NCBI RefSeq assembly: GCF_001194135.2
Contig: NC_068990.1
Span: forward strand, 2,818,733 to 2,882,732
Direction: 5' to 3'
From: Octopus bimaculoides
Lineage: Eukaryota
Length of the DNA: 64,000 nt
The translations under genes were made by a program, and so were the position numbers. The notes beneath the pieces are model-generated. The model was not told the DNA's origin. It searched no databases and saw nothing but the letters and a program-made list of their open reading frames with translations. This document shows, one piece after another, positions 13,131-25,494 of the stretch; within the stretch, counting starts at the first letter, position 1; the number at the start of each line of letters is the position of its first letter.

Positions 13131-13582
13131 TGCAGTAGAATTTAAAATATAAATGACTTTGCTATAAATTGATTTGCTACAAATTCACCTTGCTACAAAC
13201 TTAATTTGGTACAAATTTACTTTGCTACAAATTTAATTTGGTTCAAACTAGCCTTAGTGACCCAAAGAATGTTTTAATTTGTGTCAGGAAGGTGAACAAA
13301 TACTAATTGAAAGCTATCATTTCTTCTAACCTTCAAACATTGAGTTACTACATAAAATTTACATTAATTTATCGATTGTAAGTCGAATATTCCATCAGTC
13401 TCTGTCTTATTCATAAATACATGCATATGTATGCTCATACGTATATTTGTATGCACGCATGTATGCATAAAAGATACAAAAATATATATTACTGGTTAAC
13501 GTAATGATAAATTATCACGGATTATGATAAAGAATTAAGTGATTAAAACTTATAAGTGCATACAGATTAATGATTTTGAATA

Positions 13583-13583
<1 letters not shown>

Positions 13584-13633
<50 letters not shown>

Positions 13634-13690
13634 CAGCAGCAGCAGCAGTGGCAGCGACGTCGGTGGCGTTGGTGGTGGTGGTGGCAGGAG
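13584..13690 (+). repeat. compound triplet microsatellite (AGT)n-(AGC)n-(GGT)n
   Basis: Direct reading. Confidence 0.95.
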
Positions 13691-14225
13691 GAAGATGGGA
13701 TAATGGAGAATGGAAAGAATATAATGAAAACAACTAATTAGAAAAGTTATGAAAGACAACTAATTAGAAGAATAAACGGATTATGTAATTAAACCAAAAA
13801 AAATCACATAATGATGAGCAAATCTTTGAAATAAATCCAATTATCTATAACAGCACAAGCCTTAGCGATTAGTAGTGCATACGGTGCGGTACCTACACAG
13901 AAGTAGGACAAAATATCTAAACTTATCTATCTATCTATCTATGTTTGAGTATATACATATAATTGTTTATGGGGTTTCATAGATCTTTGATTGCAAACAT
14001 GTTCCATGGATCTGTAAGTTCATATACACATGTATTTTCATGTCCATAAGTATTTTCTCTGAATTATGTGATGTCATGACCATGTGTTATGCATATAAAT
14101 CTGTGAGTTAGGGAATCCAACATAAAATCACACAAGTATATGTCTTTGATGTATAATGTACATATAAAGCATAATGTTCTAGTTCGGAATATAGCTAAAC
14201 ATTTTGGTAGTATTTNNNNNNNNNN

Positions 14226-14345
14226 TTGTCCTCATCTTGTTTGTTGTTAACACAACGTTTCGGCTGATATGCCCTGCAACCTTCATCAGGTGTCTTGTGG
14301 AAATTTCGAACCTGGATTCTTATTACTAAGGTATTTTCCGATGCT

Positions 14346-14388
<43 letters not shown>

Positions 14389-14419
14389 TTGTTATTNNNN
14401 NNNNNNAGGTATTTTCCGA

Positions 14420-14456
<37 letters not shown>

Positions 14457-14530
14457 GCTATTCAGGTCACTGCCTGGAACGGAACTCGGAATCTTGGGGT
14501 TAGTAGCCTGCGCTCTTAACCACTACGCCA
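14226..14530 (-). mobile_element. tRNA-derived SINE with an internal (AAT)n tract
   Basis: The minus-strand head tggcgtagtggttaagagcgc...gagttccgttcc has Pol III A-box and B-box-like motifs, followed by (AAT)n and a non-repetitive tail. Confidence 0.75.
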
Positions 14531-14574
14531 TGAAAATAATGTACATAATTCCTCATCTCTTAAACATAGAACTG

Positions 14575-14652
<78 letters not shown>

Positions 14653-14783
14653 ATGTATGTATGTATACAAAGGTGGGCACCGTTAATCGAAATGTTAACT
14701 TTGTTAATCGTTAATCTGTAATTCCTTGAAAATGTAACGGAAGTTAACTTTAATTCGTTAACGTTAACATTTATTGAAATAGT

Positions 14784-14870
14784 ATAAGTCCAGGTGTCGA
14801 TTTCTTCAACTAAAAGGCGGTACTCCAGCATGGCTACTCTCAAATGACTGAAACAAGTAACAGATAAAAA
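14784..14870 (+). mobile_element. 3' tail fragment of the CORE-type SINE family
   Basis: Matches the tail at 15278-15360 (ataagtcc..gtcgatt..ggcggt.ctccagcatgg..tgactgaaacaagtaa). Confidence 0.8.
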
Positions 14871-15078
14871 GAGTAATATGTGTGTGTGTGTGTGTGTTAT
14901 TAGTTATATATATATTATTATTTGATTGAATGCCACAAAGCCATTCCCAAGTAACTTTATATTTATTCATATATATATATATATGTGTATGTGTGTGTGT
15001 GTGTGTGTGTGTGCGTGTGTGTGTGTGCGTGTGTGTGCATGTGCGTATGCGTGTATGGAGATGTATGCATATATCTTT

Positions 15079-15360
15079 AGCCTGTTGCCGACCAAAGCCT
15101 TGTGAGTGGATTTCGCACACAGAAACAAAAAGAAGACAGTCGTATATATGTATATGGGTGTGTGTGTGTGTGTATGTTTTACCCACCATTGCATGACAAC
15201 CGATGTTGCTGTGTTTACATTCCCACAACTTAGCGGTTCATTAAAAACACTGATGGAATAAGTTAGTACTTACAAACAATAAGTCCTGTAGTCGATTTGT
15301 TCGACCAATGGCGGTGCTCCAGCATGGCCGCAGTCACATGACTGAAACAAGTAAAAAGTA
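15079..15360 (+). mobile_element. CORE-type tRNA-SINE, head-truncated
   Basis: Colinear with the reverse complements of 24846-25145 and 35041-35390 (ccgaccaaagccttgtgagtggattt...caaccgatg..gtgtttac..acttagcggttc), with an internal (TA)/(TG) microsatellite. Confidence 0.85.
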
Positions 15361-16449
15361 ATATAGACTATGCCCCGAGGAAAGCCAAGTGTCTGCTAAT
15401 AATCTATAAATCATATTCTCCAAACTAATGCATAATCAGTTAATTTCAAGGAATTTCCTTCATAATCATTAGAGCCTAACATCCACTGTACTAGGCAACA
15501 TTATTTTTATCGTAATATGGAATCGATCTGGTTCCTGGGATTGAAACTAAGTGCATGGAAGTGATAGTCTCTAGGGTAGACTGTACTTTTATTTGACACT
15601 GAGTAGTCGGAAGAACATTTTAATGATATGTCGTTTATAAAATACTCTGGCAATGGTAGTCCTCTTCATTTATTATCGCGTCGGAATAAATGCCTTAGAG
15701 TACGAAATTTCAAAATATATTTACACCGTAACTGTCAAATGTGAGTCGCTATCTCTGGGTAATACCCACAGATTGATTGCTTTTCGTTTTTTTTTTCTTT
15801 TGTTATTTTTTGCTGAAAATTGCGATCAGCAGTCATAATGAACGAAATCAAAGTAATTTAGTGGATTTTTAATTATATGAAATCCTTACAAATTTAAATT
15901 AATTAAAAACATGAGAAACAATTTCACAACAATGAACTTTGTTTTAACATTGTTGTTGTTGAATTATGCAGTCCAGAGACAAAAGACTATATTATCGTTG
16001 GTTCATTTAACAAAGTATTATTTACTTACTATTGATTGGCGGATAGCAAGGTTCAAATTTTAATGTCACCTGTTCAGAATTGATGCTTTAATTTCCAGCA
16101 ATATAATGATGACAATACAATTAATTGATTACCACCAACACAGTGAAAAGCCGTGAAAATAGAAATCAATATTTTCAAAGCTACAAGAAGGAAAAAGAAA
16201 ATAGTAATAGGCCAGACTAAATAAACAGAAGAAAATGTGATTTTTTATTTATTTATTATTATTACTTTATCATATCCTTTTTTTAAATTCTGAAGTTATT
16301 ATACTAATATTGTCATAGATTTCTGTCAAATTTGTCACCCATACCATCTGCTTATCGACTTGTACAGACCATAACCTTAATATTTCCTTAGCTTGAAATT
16401 TATATAATTTGTGTACGTTTCTGAAACTCAATCGGTTACAACTTTTTTC

Positions 16450-16990
16450 TCAGTAACGGGCTGAGATTATTCTAAAAACAAAACATGGTTTGGGCTTTTT
16501 ATCTTATACGTTGGCATTATATTTACTTTTGTTGCTGATTTTCTTGGGTACCTGAGTATATAAACGACTAGGAAAAGTTTAACTGGATGGTCACTCCAGC
16601 AACTAACGTTGACCATTATAGCAATAGGTGTTGGCATTAAGTTGTATGCTGTCATGTTCTTCCAATTAATATGATTTTGATTGTTACCAGCGTGGTTTTG
16701 ATGACACTATTTGTTGTTTCGGATAATGTTTCTGTTTCTGCTTTTATATCCATTTTTTAAATAGATGGTCTTCCTGCCCGTAAAGGAAACGTTTCTACAA
16801 TCTGGGCGCCAGGGAACACTCATATTATCTTCTGTGCCTTTAGAACGAAAAGTTTCGGAGTGTCATTTATATTTCTAGATGTTATTATTTCTGCGAAAGT
16901 TTAGATACTGTAGCGATTAGATTATCTACACATCTTACTAATGTGGGGTCTTATCCAACTCTAAGATACCAAGACATTTTCTTTCTCTTT
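16450..16990 (-). mobile_element. possible very old R4-like LINE RT remnant
   Basis: Isolated motifs KCLGILELDK and HP..../RLY resemble GYKYLEILEMNK and HPKSKTDRLY at 2641-3135. There are many stops. Confidence 0.25.
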
Positions 16991-17122
16991 CAGATATGAT
17001 AAAAGATTTCTAAGAAATTTACTAGAATTTTAATTATGTGAACTATGCACACATTAGATTAATGAAAAATAATATCATAATAATCAATCTCGCTTTAGAG
17101 GTTCAATGCATCGGTCTTCATT

Positions 17123-18845
17123 GTACTAGTTTGTGGTTGTTGATGCATTACCCTTCAATATTCCTCTTGTTTCCGCTGCATCACAATATTTCCACAAGCA
17201 TTTCAAAAATATATATTGACATGTTTTGTCGTATTTACAGCTCTGAAAAGGTGTTAACATCAGTATTTTGTGGAAGAAAATGCCATCATTCCATGAGTTT
17301 ATTATTGCACTGATCATTCATTTATGGATGTGAGAGGGATTTTCTGTTTTGATAAGATTTGAATGCGATATCATAAGTCTGTCCAGTTTTCAGATTCAAG
17401 GAATTTGGAGTTGGTGACCTAAGAAGTTGAAAATATTGGTGAATAGACGAATTCGGACACGCCTCATATGATATAGTAATTGAATTTTATCTTTATCTAT
17501 TATAGTTGTGGTTTCTGTAGCGATGCCTAGTGTCTCTTCTGCAGAGATGTAATGTATTTTGTGAGTAACGTTTTTCTCTGCTTAGTATACTTTTCGTGGT
17601 TGCGTCTGGAAACGTGTTCGATCTTCATGAATGTGCGTGCTCTTCTTATTGTAGCATATTATTGTGACATTCGATATACAAGCATCTGTCGGCATGTTTT
17701 TCCTGCTGCCATGTATTTTGTATAATCTCGAATTGCTTTTTACAAGGTTAATACTCAGTATATTTGCCTCCTTTCATCTTTTTCCTTGGTTTCCTTTTTG
17801 CGGTGTTCTTACTGAGCTGTTGAATGCTAGATTTTATTTACTTTTTGCATAGAATTGGCATGTGAAATTTGAAGCTGTCTATAACGCGGGTTGACATTTA
17901 ATTTCAATTATATAAATAGATTTTCATTTTTTTAATCGCAGTTTCTTGAATTGTTACATTGAATACATTTATAACAAAGTTGGGGGTCTCTATATTTATT
18001 TTGAATTCTGATCTTTTTCTCTTATAATGTTAGCAGTTACATTGTCCTCATGAAGTTGAGTTGTCAGAATTTGTAAGCAGAAATTGGTGTGTAAATGTAT
18101 ATTAATTTGCTGGATAGTTTACAATGTCGCGGTGCTTCAGTGGGTGATTTGAATACTGTAGTAATTTGACAGTTCTAGTGATAACTTTTCTGGATTATTC
18201 TAGTAATATTTTCGTTTGTTTTATGTGGCAGTATATGTTGCAACCAATGAAGTTCCTTTCAATATCTAGACATTAATACGTGATGTATTGTTTGGAAGGA
18301 AATACTTGAAGTGCTTTTGGTATCACCATAAGCAAAATATGGATACGATGCTTTAAAATGTTTGTTTCGTGTGACCGTTTTGTAGCGAATATTTAAATTT
18401 GTTAGTAAAATTTATTACTGTTAGATAGTCATTTCTAGTAACTATGTAATAGTGGACTGATGTTGTATGTATTTGTAGGAATATCGCCTTTCAGTGACTC
18501 TTGCAAATGATATATGGTTGGCATTTAAATGCACTGAATATTTATTTATGAATGCGAGAGGGATTTTCTATTATCATAAGAATTAAATGTGATGTCATAA
18601 GTCTGTCCAGTTACAGCAAATAAAAATATGACATATACATTTGCTAGTTTGGTACTAGTTTGTGGTTGTTGATGCATTATACTTTAATATTCCTCCAGTT
18701 TCCGCTGCATCGCAATATTTCCACAAGCATTTCAGAAACAGGTATTGACATGTTCTTTAGTATTTACATATCTGAAAATGTGTTAACATCAGTATTTTGT
18801 GGAGGAAAGTGCTATTATTTAATTAGTTTATTATTTCACTGATCA
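17123..18845. repeat. segment with internally duplicated blocks, possibly a decayed Penelope-like element
   Basis: Blocks 17123-17316/18652-18845 and 17318-17388/18541-18612 are clear diverged direct copies. The element class is supported only by faint minus-strand motifs (SNHP, CNC, VYR.S..YAT). Confidence 0.45.
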
Positions 18846-19537
18846 GCAGTTTGTGTGTGAAATACTTGAATATTTATATATTTGTAATATTTTGTGTACA
18901 GATAAGATGTAGACAGTAAAAGTTGAATATTGACAATCGTTCCGGTAATATATTTAACGTGTTTTTATGTTTATATCTAAGTAGTCGACGTTTTATATTA
19001 TTTGAATGTTTGTGTAAGTGTATTTTATTTCACTTATTCATTATATTTGGAAATATAAAATACTCCGAAATATAAAATCTCAACCTTTCCAACTAGTTAT
19101 TTTATTTCGTACATAAATGTATAGAATTTTAACATTTTAAGTTATTGCTTATATTTTTTAGAGAAATTAATAAAATAACACACACACTCGTACACACACT
19201 CGTACACACACATACGCACGTACACACACATACACACCCATACACACACACGCACACACACACACACACACACACATATTTACTTCATAGCAAGATATTG
19301 TCAGGGACTGTGTTTGTCCACCGGCTGTAAAGAAGAATGTATGCCGAATGTATGCCCCAATAATACCATGAGTCTGTAGATAGTTTAGAAGAAGCGACCG
19401 TCTACAATCATTAAATATGGTACGTATGCACTTAAACAATGAAAACTAACGTAAGCCCAACATATAATTCATTTTCTAAAACGTTTTAGTTCTTTGCTCG
19501 ATATGTCTGACTTCGTAAGCATTTACCAGTATTAATG

Positions 19538-19652
<115 letters not shown>

Positions 19653-20261
19653 TAATAATTGTTACGTGTATATATTTCCTTGTAATGATTAGGTGTGTTC
19701 TATAATTTAAGTAGTTTCTTGAAGCTTTTCTTTTACGGAATTTTATACTACTCAACCAATTCAGTTATATCGCTTCGCTAAAGTTGGAGAATGACGTTTC
19801 ACGGATGTAATCTCTATATATGGAAATTGTGTAAACTGTCAGTTCTGCACGTGCACTCGATGCACTGATTATATTGATTCTCTGTCAGACATTCTTAGAG
19901 GCTACGTAATATTGGGAGGATATTCTTTGAAACACTTTATATCCCTCATTAATGAAACAATCAACACACACACATACACACACAAGCACGCATAGACATA
20001 CACAAACAGACATACAATCACAGACGTACACAGTATATTTACANNNNNNNNNNACAATCACAGACGTACACAGTATATTTACAGCGGTCAGAGTTGCTAA
20101 CGTGCGAACGTTATCATTGAAAATACTTATTGGAATACAGAATGTAACTTTTAATCCTTCGCCACTCCCAGCAGATTAACATTTTACGATAAAGAGACGA
20201 GACGGTGCTATATATATTCAAGTGACTTATACATGCATACATGTGTGTGTGTATATATATA

Positions 20262-20392
20262 TGTGTTTGTGTGTCTGCGTTTGTCCCGCCAAAATAGCTT
20301 GGCAACCGATGCTGTTGTGTTTACGTGCCTGTAACTTAGCGGTTCGGCAAAAGAGACCAATAGAATAAGTACTAGGCTTACAAAGAATAAGC
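20262..20392 (+). mobile_element. internal fragment of the CORE-type SINE family
   Basis: caaccgatgctgttgtgtttacgtgcctgtaacttagcggttcggcaaaagagaccaatagaataagtactaggcttacaaagaataag matches the other copies. Confidence 0.85.
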
Positions 20393-20726
20393 GTTAGGAT
20401 AGATTATTTTCTATATATTTTTACACCTTTCAAAATCTATAAGAAATGTCTAACACCAAATCACATGCCTGGTGTATTTTCATTTTTTTCGTTCCTTTTT
20501 TTAGCTCAGATTTATTCTGTTCCAGTAATACACTTTAATTTTTCTTGAGCAGTTTTTAAAATCAAACATACATACAGTCATCATACTCACGTACACACAT
20601 AAACACACAGACACACATATGAAAATACCTGTTTACAAAAAGACATCCTAAAGGCCAGACACCATGCCTATGTCTTTTCCACCAATTTCTATTCTCTAGC
20701 ATTTAAACAAATCTCTTCCTTTTTAG

Positions 20727-20819
20727 CATCAACATTTGAATCTATTTATTAGTTTGCCAGAGTTATTTGCATCTCACATGCTTACCGTTTTAAGTTATAC
20801 CCACAATCTGGATAAACTG
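20727..20819 (+). CDS. candidate exon (HQHLNLFISLPELFASHMLTVLSYTHNLDKL, phase 0->0)
   Basis: atctcttcctttttag| acceptor, CTG|gtacgg donor, 93 nt open. Confidence 0.42.
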
Positions 20820-21841
20820 GTACGGCAAAAAATTATGGTTACCAGAACTTATGTTTGGGACATTGAGTTATGTGTAGTGTAATTACTAGTACCAGTAACA
20901 GTATTTTACAAAATTATTGAAGATACTATAGCCTATCACTTGTGGAGTATAGTGTGTTTGTATTAATTCGCTGATGCTCTTACTCAGGTGTAAGCTAGCT
21001 ATGTCTTTTATTTGATTTTTATTTTACTTTTTTTTTTTATTCGACTTATGCAAATTTTTGTTCCATTTTGTTAAACCGAAGAGGTTTAGCCACCTGTAAG
21101 ATTTCGATGCCCAGAGTATAATTAAATGTGTTCCTGCGTAGCTATGATGAATACGTGATTAACGTTTTGGATTCATGTTCGTAAAATTACGGTTTCGATT
21201 CCTAGAGCAAAACATAGCAGTCTAAGTTACTGTAGTTCATTCTGCTGGCAGAAATGAGTAATCCTACTAAGGAATCAAAAAGAAGCCTTTTCTTTACCTT
21301 TGCAATCTATCTGTGGCCATCCATCCCTGTAATGAAAACGTTAGGACAAGATAGAATAGTAATTAGGCAAATGAGTTTAGCAGATCAAGTAACCACAACG
21401 AAGACACAAATATTATGTATTATCTTAAAATCATATATTAAATTTCATCTAGATGTCTACAAAGATAAATTGTTTTCATTTTCTATGAAACAATCAATAA
21501 CAACTATCGCCCATTGATGGATCACACGGGACTCGAAAGGTCAAGCAAGTGACTACATCACACGCTTTTCTACAATGAATAATAACGCATTATAAATCAA
21601 TTATTAGAGTTGACATTTCCAAGAAATGCTTTTAAAAAGTGGTTTTAATATAATTATACAATTCTACGAAACATTTGTTCACTGAAGTTATTTCGTGACG
21701 AAAAACGAAACTTTTTTTATATTTTAGCCAGAGGAGGTTGATCATCTATATTTTGCGTGTGCGTGTGTATAGAAGTGTGTATGTCAGTAAGTACACACAC
21801 ACTCACTCGTACTAACATATATGTGTGTGCGTATACGTATG

Positions 21842-21903
<62 letters not shown>

Positions 21904-24510
21904 TGCACACTCAAATAGGTGGAAGCAATTATATATGTATACGCATTTGTGTGCACGCTCGTGTATCTTTGTAGTTGGATATTTGTGTCTTGTATAATTA
22001 CTCTCCGTGTGATGGAAGATTTAATATATTTTTTCACTTATCCACAATGTTTTCTTTGTAATAGTCTATTCGCTTCCTATCTATTCATATACTGTCATGG
22101 CAGTCATTTGCTACCACTACTGCTAGATTGTGGGCTCGATTTCGGGAACCAGTGGCGTCTTGTGTTCTTGATCAAAACACTTCATTTCATATTACGCCAA
22201 TCCACTCACTTGTAAATAGATAAAGCCTGCGACGCAAAGCGTATCCGGTAGTCTCTGTCTAGCACCTGTGTATGTGTGCCTGTCTCAGCGTGTGTCTATA
22301 ATTATGTGCGTACGCGCGCGCTTGTTTTTGCATATGTGGGACTACTGGTAGCCTTAGTGTAGTCTGAGTATGACTTGTCTTATTTACAATATATTTTTAT
22401 GTTATGAGTTACGAATCTCTTTAATTCTTGGTTGAGTTCTGGATCTACTCTTTCTGGACTGTTTGATTCTGAACTTTATACCCTCCGGCTGCACCTCTCC
22501 TACCCACGGATTCCACTGGACCCATATTCTGATTGGAAATAGCTTCAATATACCACGACGTCTAAAAAACTTTTGAACTTTTGAACTTTTCCACTTTTGT
22601 AAACCTCCTTTATCATCTTTTTTTACCTTTACTTTCCTTCACCTACCGTCTATCTCCCCCTTTTCTTAGCTCTCCTGAAAAAAGAATTTCTAACTTCCGG
22701 TCGGCCATTGTTATGATCAGCCATTATTATGATTGACCGTTGACTGGACACTATTCAATTTTTTTTTCTCCGTGCTTTTCTCCTTGTCTCCGTATTCTTT
22801 CTGNNNNNNNNNNNNNNNNNNNNNNNNNNNNNNNNNNNNNNNNNNNNNNNNNNNNNNNNNNNNNNNNNNNNNNNNNNNNNNNNNNNNNNNNNNNNNNNNN
22901 NNNNNNNNNNNNNNNNNNNNNNNNNNNNNNNNNNNNNNNNNNNNNNNNNNNNNNNNNNNNNNNNNNNNNNNNNNNNNNNNNNNNNNNNNNNNNNNNNNNN
23001 NNNNNNNNNNNNNNNNNNNNNNNNNNNNNNNNNNNNNNNNNNNNNNNNNNNNNNNNNNNNNNNNNNNNNNNNNNNNNNNNNNNNNNNNNNNNNNNNNNNN
23101 NNNNNNNNNNNNNNNNNNNNNNNNNNNNNNNNNNNNNNNNNNNNNNNNNNNNNNNNNNNNNNNNNNNNNNNNNNNNNNNNNNNNNNNNNNNNNNNNNNNN
23201 NNNNNNNNNNNNNNNNNNNNNNNNNNNNNNNNNNNNNNNNNNNNNNNNNNNNNNNNNNNNNNNNNNNNNNNNNNNNNNNNNNNNNNNNNNNNNNNNNNNN
23301 NNNNNNNNNNNNNNNNNNNNNNNNNNNNNNNNNNNNNNNNNNNNNNNNNNNNNNNNNNNNNNNNNNNNNNNNNNNNNNNNNNNNNNNNNNNNNNNNNNNN
23401 NNNNNNNNNNNNNNNNNNNNNNNNNNNNNTTCATGGATGGCGTCATCACTCATCTGCATTCGCATTCTGCTAGTTGTAACTTAAGTAAAAATGTATTATG
23501 TATTCTTGGATAGGGAATTACGCCTAACACTTTAGGTTAAATCTTACATAATCACCCTAACGTTATCATGGTTTTATCGCCAGGTCTCCTTATTTTGGTA
23601 ATAATTCTTTGAGCTCATTAGATTGCATGTTGTTAGAATTTGTGAAACGCATTTTAACTGCGTCTATCGATTTCAGTAGAGGCGTAAAATCGTTACCTCT
23701 ATCTTCTATGTCTGTGTAAATATGTGGATATGGAAATGTCCATGCTTTGGGTGTCTGTGTGGAAGAATGTTAAACGTGTAGTTGTGTGAGAATCGCCATG
23801 CATACGTCTTAGAAATAACGATGTTTCGCAGAGTTCAACTATTTCAGAAATTGTATGATGAATGATATATATATCATGAATAGAATGCCTTTGGTGCAGT
23901 GATTCTCTAAGCAACGTTCATTTTGGACTGGAATCAATACGAAGAAAATAGTGAGTTATTCATGAGAACGGAGAAATATGATTACCGAGGAAAGTGAAGG
24001 TTCTAACAGAATGATGTTAATTGTAGACAAAAGAATGTGAAAATGATATGAATTAAAAGTAGTAGATCATGTACTTTTCTTTCTTAAATTAGTCCTATTA
24101 AAATAATAAATCAAAGACTGTCATCAGGCAGCCTTCAGTCTTTCCCTACCAAAATGGTTTTTCAACCCAATATTTCCATGCTCTTATATAGCTTTATATA
24201 TACTTCGAGATACAATTCCAACAATTCTTACACGTTCTCTCGAAACTTTATATGATTTTATGTCATGAACAACATACAAATCTTGCTGTCAAGATTCGAA
24301 CTTACAGCAGATATAATTCCGCCTCCCACGGGAAACTTACGACGTTATCTATCCAAAGTTTTAATAAACCAATACTTACAGGCTAATATTTATAGCTTTA
24401 TATGTACGTCGAAATCAGGTTCCAAAGGGGAATTATAATAACAAATGAAACTAAATTGTATATACCTCGTGCTTCGAAAATGTAATCATATTCAATATTT
24501 AGAAGGTCTA

Positions 24511-24720
24511 AGGCGGCGAGCTGGCAGAAACATTAGCACGCCGGGCGAAATGCTTAACGGTATTTCGTCTGTCTTTACATACTGAGTTCAAACTCCACCG
24601 AGGTCGACTTTGCCTTTAATATTTTCGGGGTCGATAAATTAAGTACCAGTTGCGTTTTGGGGTCGACCTAATCGACTGGACCCCACCTACTCCAAAATTT
24701 CGGGCCTAGAGTAGAAAGGA
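24511..24720 (+). mobile_element. tRNA-derived SINE with a Nin/Deu-like central domain
   Basis: Head ggcggcgagctggcagaa...gagttcaaactcc, core gaggtcgactttgccttt..tttcggggtcgataaattaagtaccagt; a second copy lies at 50046-50260. Confidence 0.82.
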
Positions 24721-24845
24721 ACATTTAGAAAGAATGAGAAGAATGACCAATTTGGATATAATCACCTTACATTTTATTAATAAGTAGTGTTGAGTATGTC
24801 AATGATAAACAATAGGAAAATTACGTGTAATACTGGAATTAAACT

Positions 24846-25145
24846 AGGACTTATTCTTTGTAAGCCTAGTACTAATTATATCGGTCGCTTTTATCGAAAC
24901 GCTAGATTTGGGGAGTTAAATACACCAGCACTTGTTGTCAATCGGTGGGGAGGGGGCAAATACAGACACAAAGACATAGACACACACATCAATCTATATA
25001 CATATATACACGACGGACTTCTTTCAGTTTCTGTCTCCCAGATCTACCCATAAGGCTTTGGGAGGCGCGAGGCTATAGTAGAAGACACCTGGCCAAGGTG
25101 CCACGCAGTGGGACTGAACCTGGATCCATGTGGTTCGGAAGGAAA
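24846..25145 (-). mobile_element. CORE-type tRNA-SINE
   Basis: Contains gacac(c)tggccaaggtgccacgcagtgggactgaacc (CORE-like block and B-box, reverse orientation); colinear with 35041-35390. Confidence 0.85.
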
Positions 25146-25447
25146 CATATATGCGTGTATGTCTGTGTATATATGTATATATATAAGGACACATTAAATT
25201 ATCTGCCCGCTAGAAATAAGAGTCAAAACCCTTATTTGGAATAGCAAAAAAAATTACACCTAAAACAAAAGACTCAACAGTAATGTGTCTTAATGATTAA
25301 TTTATTTTTAGTTCTTTTCCTATACAATGATATTATTTAGCCCTGCAATCACCTGTATTAATCTTACTATTATCATCAACTATTTATATTGCCTCTGATA
25401 ATATTAATAACTTAAAAATATCCGCTTCTGAATATTTTGCTGCTGAT

Positions 25448-25494
<47 letters not shown>

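Noticed and set aside
14329-14460. Direct repeat aggtattttccgatg.tattattatt on both sides of an N-gap
   Set aside because: The same sequence on both sides of a small gap is most likely unmerged contig overlap.
14470-14530. tRNA gene suggested by A/B-box motifs (also at 24511, 35340 and 50046)
   Set aside because: No full cloverleaf is present and each continues into shared SINE body sequence.
20015-20085. Duplicated acaatcacagacgtacacagtatatttaca around a short N-gap
   Set aside because: This is an assembly overlap artefact, not a supported tandem repeat.
22400-22800. Possible Penelope C-terminus/pLTR (EFWIY..TLYP)
   Set aside because: Only a single weak motif, truncated by a gap, with no intact hammerhead core.
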